Assembly (NCBI GenBank): GCA_964188305.1
Contig: OZ076897.1
Origin: Podarcis bocagei
Lineage: Eukaryota
DNA: 64,000 nt
Strand: one strand, 5' to 3'
Positions 59,904 through 64,000 of the stretch are shown one piece after another (the first letter of the stretch is position 1; every line of letters starts with the position of its first letter). Made by a program: the position numbers and the translations under genes. Below the pieces are notes generated by a model. That model worked only from the letters and a program-made list of their open reading frames with translations. It had not been told where the DNA came from and made no database searches.

Positions 59904-61780
59904 TAGCATCATGGACACTACTTTCAGAGAACAATTTCAGAAGTTATAAGCCATTCATATTTCTAAAAGCTCATTTGAAAATCCAAATTTCTTCCTCGGT
60001 GCAAGATACTTAGGATAAGTTACAAAACTTTATTATTCAGTGGTGAGTTTTGGGTGGCCATTTTCTGTTTTGATGATAGGCCAGGAAGAACCTCTGGCAC
60101 ATATTGGTGACGTGGTTTTGCCATATGCATATTGCCATTGGAATGGCTTTTCATGACAGTTCTGGAGGCATTATATAAATACCAAGGGAAATGCTCATAA
60201 ATGGGGGGAAAGTCATCATTAAGTTCCCAGTCGATCAGTTTTCTAATTAGAATAGCCTGCAAACAGTTAATTAATGATACCCTTATTTGAAAACTATAAC
60301 ATTTCAGATCACTGTGATGAATGTTTTTCTGATTTTCCTTTTAAGAAACAGAGTTCTGCCTCTGAGGATACTGCATGAAAGGTAAATAAGACCTCTTCTG
60401 AAATCACTCACTATGCCAAATTAATTTTAATACTAATATGCCTGGCCTTTGCTAGTTTAACAGATTAATAATGTTGCGAGGGGGAGAGTTTCTTTCACCA
60501 TTTGAAAAAATGGGGAGGAAAATGAACAAAAGATCGTCTGGAATTGGTGTGTGCACTTTAAAGCTGTGTGTCTTGATTCCTTCATTCCATAAAATTTCAA
60601 ATGCAGTGCCTCCCCAGATGTTAAGCTTTGTAATTCATGGCAGTGATTCAAAAGGAATATGAGCTGCTATTCTGCCACTGAGTAACATGTATTTATTGGT
60701 CTTCTTGGCTTTCATATTAATTCAAAAGAACCTCTCTCCCTCTGTGTGAAGTCACAGTAGATCTACCTGCGTCGATGGCCAGTCTCTTTCCTCTCCCCAC
60801 TTGTGAAATAAAAAAAAAATTCAGAAAATCCTAGAGCAAAAAACCAGAAAACCTAGATCTGAACATAAACAGCGGAGGCTCCTTGAAGTCATAGAAAAGA
60901 TGCTGAAACGGATGGCTTCTTCCATTCTCATCCAGACAGTGGAATTGCAAAATCAGTAGAAAAGGTGAAAAATGCCATTTACTTACTGTAGCAGCAGGAA
61001 ATCGAGGGAAGAAAATAAACAGGGTTTGGATTCTCGGGCCTTTTAACCTGCTAGTCAGGCAGCTTTTCTATAGTTTCAGATCTGTGCACGCCAGTGTGCT
61101 GGTAAGCAGCAGAGGGGAGGCAGAGGGACTGAAAGCATGCGAGATCGGTGGAACTCCCACCACTATAAGCACAGCTGTACAAACACAGGGAAGGTCTTTG
61201 TTAAAGTCGGGTGGGCAACGGAGGCTGAAGCTATTGAGCCTATCTGACCTATTAAACCCCTTGCAAAAGCCGTACCTGAGCAAAAGCCAGGAGTTATGCG
61301 CAAATGTTTTAAGCTCAGCCAATGCCCCATACGTTTCCTCCTCTTACAAAAAGAGAGAGAGAGAGAAATTAAAAGGAAAAGGAGAAAGGGAGAGGGTGTC
61401 TTATTAGCCAGATAATTTCTGAAGTTAATATATGTAGGTGCTTGCAATGACTCAGTGGCGAAGGCTTGATTACCTGCCAGTGGAAGGGGAGGAGAAGGGG
61501 AGAGGAACTAATAACTCAGTGAGTCCTTCAAATGAATTTTGGAGGTTTTAAAGGCTACACCATAAATTAAACGGACTGGGGAGGGCAGAGCTGGATTAAC
61601 AATTATGGTACTTGGTAGGGATCCAGCAATATGAGGCATGGCAGGTGAAAGCAGCTCTGTGCAAAAGGGCAGATGCATATCGTAGATGGTGAGTAAGTTA
61701 ATTTCTACGAAGGCAGTCCTGGGACACCTCAAGCCTGCCTTAAAACCAGTGATCTTTGCCATGGTTGCTTGTGCTCACTG

Positions 61781-62192
61781 TAAGAATGGGAGAGGATTTC
61801 AGTTTGCATTGAAAAGTGAACCGATGCGATTTGCACTTTCTGAAACAAACCGAGATGCAGTCATCTCTCAGTTTTGCACATCTCTGAATTTTGCAAGGCA
61901 GTCCTCTAAATGAGCATAAAAATACTTATGCTAGGGTAAAGTGTGCATATAAACACATACATAATGTACAAAACCCAAATTATTTTAGGGGACATTGCAA
62001 AAAAAAAGTGTATATTAGGCAAAATCACACACAAAAATGTGTGTATTAGGAGAAATTCTTAATCAAACGCTGACGAATTTTCACGAGGACTTGTCAGAGG
62101 GAAGCATTGCACACTGATGTGGAAAGGTGGAACACTGAACTTAAGATTGTAAAATTGAGAGAACATGAAATTGACATATTCCGTCCTTCCTA
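61781..62192. mobile_element. AT-rich non-autonomous DNA element
   Basis: Shares motifs with 28066-28536 and 56021-56374. Confidence 0.6.
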
Positions 62193-62848
62193 ATTCACTG
62201 ATTTGTTTTGTACCATATACAAAGGCAGCACTTGTTTCTGGGGACTGAAGGCAACTTACCTTTCTTTTCTCATCTACATTTTCTAGCACTTATTTATTGG
62301 AACACAGAAAAGATTCAACTCCCAACTCAGCAGTGAAGCTCATGCAATCACGGACTCTCAGCCGAACCCACCTCCCAGGCCTGGAAGGAGAAAAACATGC
62401 AGGATGCCTTGAGCTCCCTGGAGGAAAGGTGGAATATAACTGTCACCATCAAAGCTGCTTATGGTCAAAATAAAACAGTACATACCCTGGAGAGCCGCAG
62501 CCAGTCAGTGTAGGTTATACTGAGTTAGATGGACAAATGGTCTGATTCAGTATAAGACTGTTTCCTGTGTTGCTGTGTTCTGCAGATGAAGACTCAATTT
62601 GTGTGATGTATCCATGGTTTAAAAGGAGTGCGGGCAGAGAATTTTCCTGAATAGGAACTCTATTTTAGTGGGTGTTCTTGTGGAGACCCTGGTTGTGCAT
62701 GCTTAGTGGGGCCATTCTTTTTTCGTGGCTGGTTTGAGTTCTGCACACCTTGTGAGTTGAGCTGCAGGCCAGTTTCCCAACAGACAACTCAGAGGGCAAG
62801 AGGGATATTCTAATAGTCTCTTGGAAGAGTGCTACTAAATATGCTGAA

Positions 62849-63330
62849 TGTCAGGAACTGGGCAGAGGAGAAATGGTGGAGACCGCCTCCCCATCCTGAC
62901 CCTTCCTGGGAGGAAGAAGAGGAAGACAGTATAGAATTACAACAGGGGTTTGAGGGAGGTGGCAGCTCAGAGGCAGATGAGGGGGGAAGTTGGGAAATCA
63001 TAGGAGAGCTGGGACAACACCAAGCTGACATGTTGTCATTAGAAAGCATTCCAGACCCTCCATCTCTCAGAACCTGGCAAGTCTTAAAAGTAGGGAATCA
63101 AAGAGCTCAAAGACAGAGGGCACGTAGCAGCACCCATAGAAGTGATGAATGAGGAAGTGGAAGATGCTGGGAGTGGAGATTCACTCAGGACAACACCATT
63201 ATCCAAAAGGCTGGGTTCTATAGCCTCTCTCTGTAAAGACTGAAATAAAAAAGGAAGGTAAGAAACTTTTCCTTGTTTTTATACTTTCTTGGGCAAACCA
63301 GCCGGCAGCTGCTGACAGCATCCTGACACA
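62849..63330 (+). mobile_element. Solo LTR (Gypsy-like)
   Basis: TGTCAGGA...TCCTGACA(CA) inverted termini, 5-bp TSD CTGAA (62844-62848, 63331-63335) and AATAAA at ~63244. Confidence 0.8.
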
Positions 63331-64000
63331 CTGAACAGCTTGACCCAGTGAATATAAGGGCACTTCCAGAACACCTGTTTATTGAACTTTCATCCTGAAT
63401 TGCCTGCAGGGAAATTAGATGGTGTTGGCTACCTAATGGGCATTTGGTCTGATTTGTTTGTGGAGAGGTTAGATGATGTCATGTCAAAGCAAGTGTTATC
63501 TCCCACTTTCCATACATTAATTTCAGTGGGTCTGCTCTAAGTACGGTTAATATTGGATGCAACCCAATGGCTGGTATTCAATTAAGTTTTACTCACAGTA
63601 GGACCATCTCACTTAATGTACCTTAGTCATACTCCTTAATTTGAATGGATCTGCTCTTTGGAGAACTTAAATACCACAAGATGTCTCTAACCCAAAATTT
63701 GCATAGGGTGCTCTACCGATAACGAACCTTAAAATAGTAAACATAACAAAATGATCAAAGATAGATTAAATCACCAGATTTTAAAAACATGATGTGGCCC
63801 AATGAAAATCACCTCCCTCCAAAAAAACTAAAAAATCACCCTGGAAGCGAAGTTGCCACTGGAACCTTCCGATCTTGTAACAACACTTTCAGACCTTAAA
63901 ATGAACATGTGGAGGTGGGGCACACTCAATCATGGGGGCCCCCCATGTTCAAATAATGTCTGAAAGCAAGAGGGGTGAATTGAAAAGAGCCCAATAATTA

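Noticed and set aside
62829-63152. 107-aa acidic ORF
   Set aside because: It lies almost entirely inside a solo LTR bounded by inverted termini and a TSD, and matches no known protein.
1-64000. Naming the host gene or species
   Set aside because: No coding exon or diagnostic sequence was recognised. Only a lizard (probably lacertid) origin can be inferred from the repeats.

Overview
Vertebrate genomic DNA, most likely from a lacertid-type lizard. This is inferred from Sauria SINEs, a BovB LINE, squamate-type L2/CR1 3' ends and Penelope elements. It reads as a gene desert or very long intron, with two assembly gaps. I found no host protein-coding exon I can support. The only ORFs with recognisable protein content are transposon remnants: the BovB ORF C-terminus, Penelope GIY-YIG endonuclease, and L2 RT/C-terminus. 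The window is a mosaic of retrotransposon fragments, two TA-flanked Tc1/mariner-pogo-like MITE families, many hAT MITEs with 8-bp target-site duplications (TSDs) and two solo LTRs. Repeat-free AT-rich blocks between them look like conserved non-coding elements. The most interesting structures are: (1) a compact minus-strand promoter-to-poly(A) unit at ~14480-15480 that would give a highly structured non-coding RNA with an ENE-like U-rich internal loop, probably from a DIRS/Ngaro-type element; (2) Penelope elements carrying minimal hammerhead ribozyme motifs, one with inverted pseudo-LTRs and a visible template-switch scar; (3) a branched foldback element at 30831-31747, hidden by two later insertions; and (4) several multi-level nested insertions. 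Family names come from pattern recognition, not database searches.
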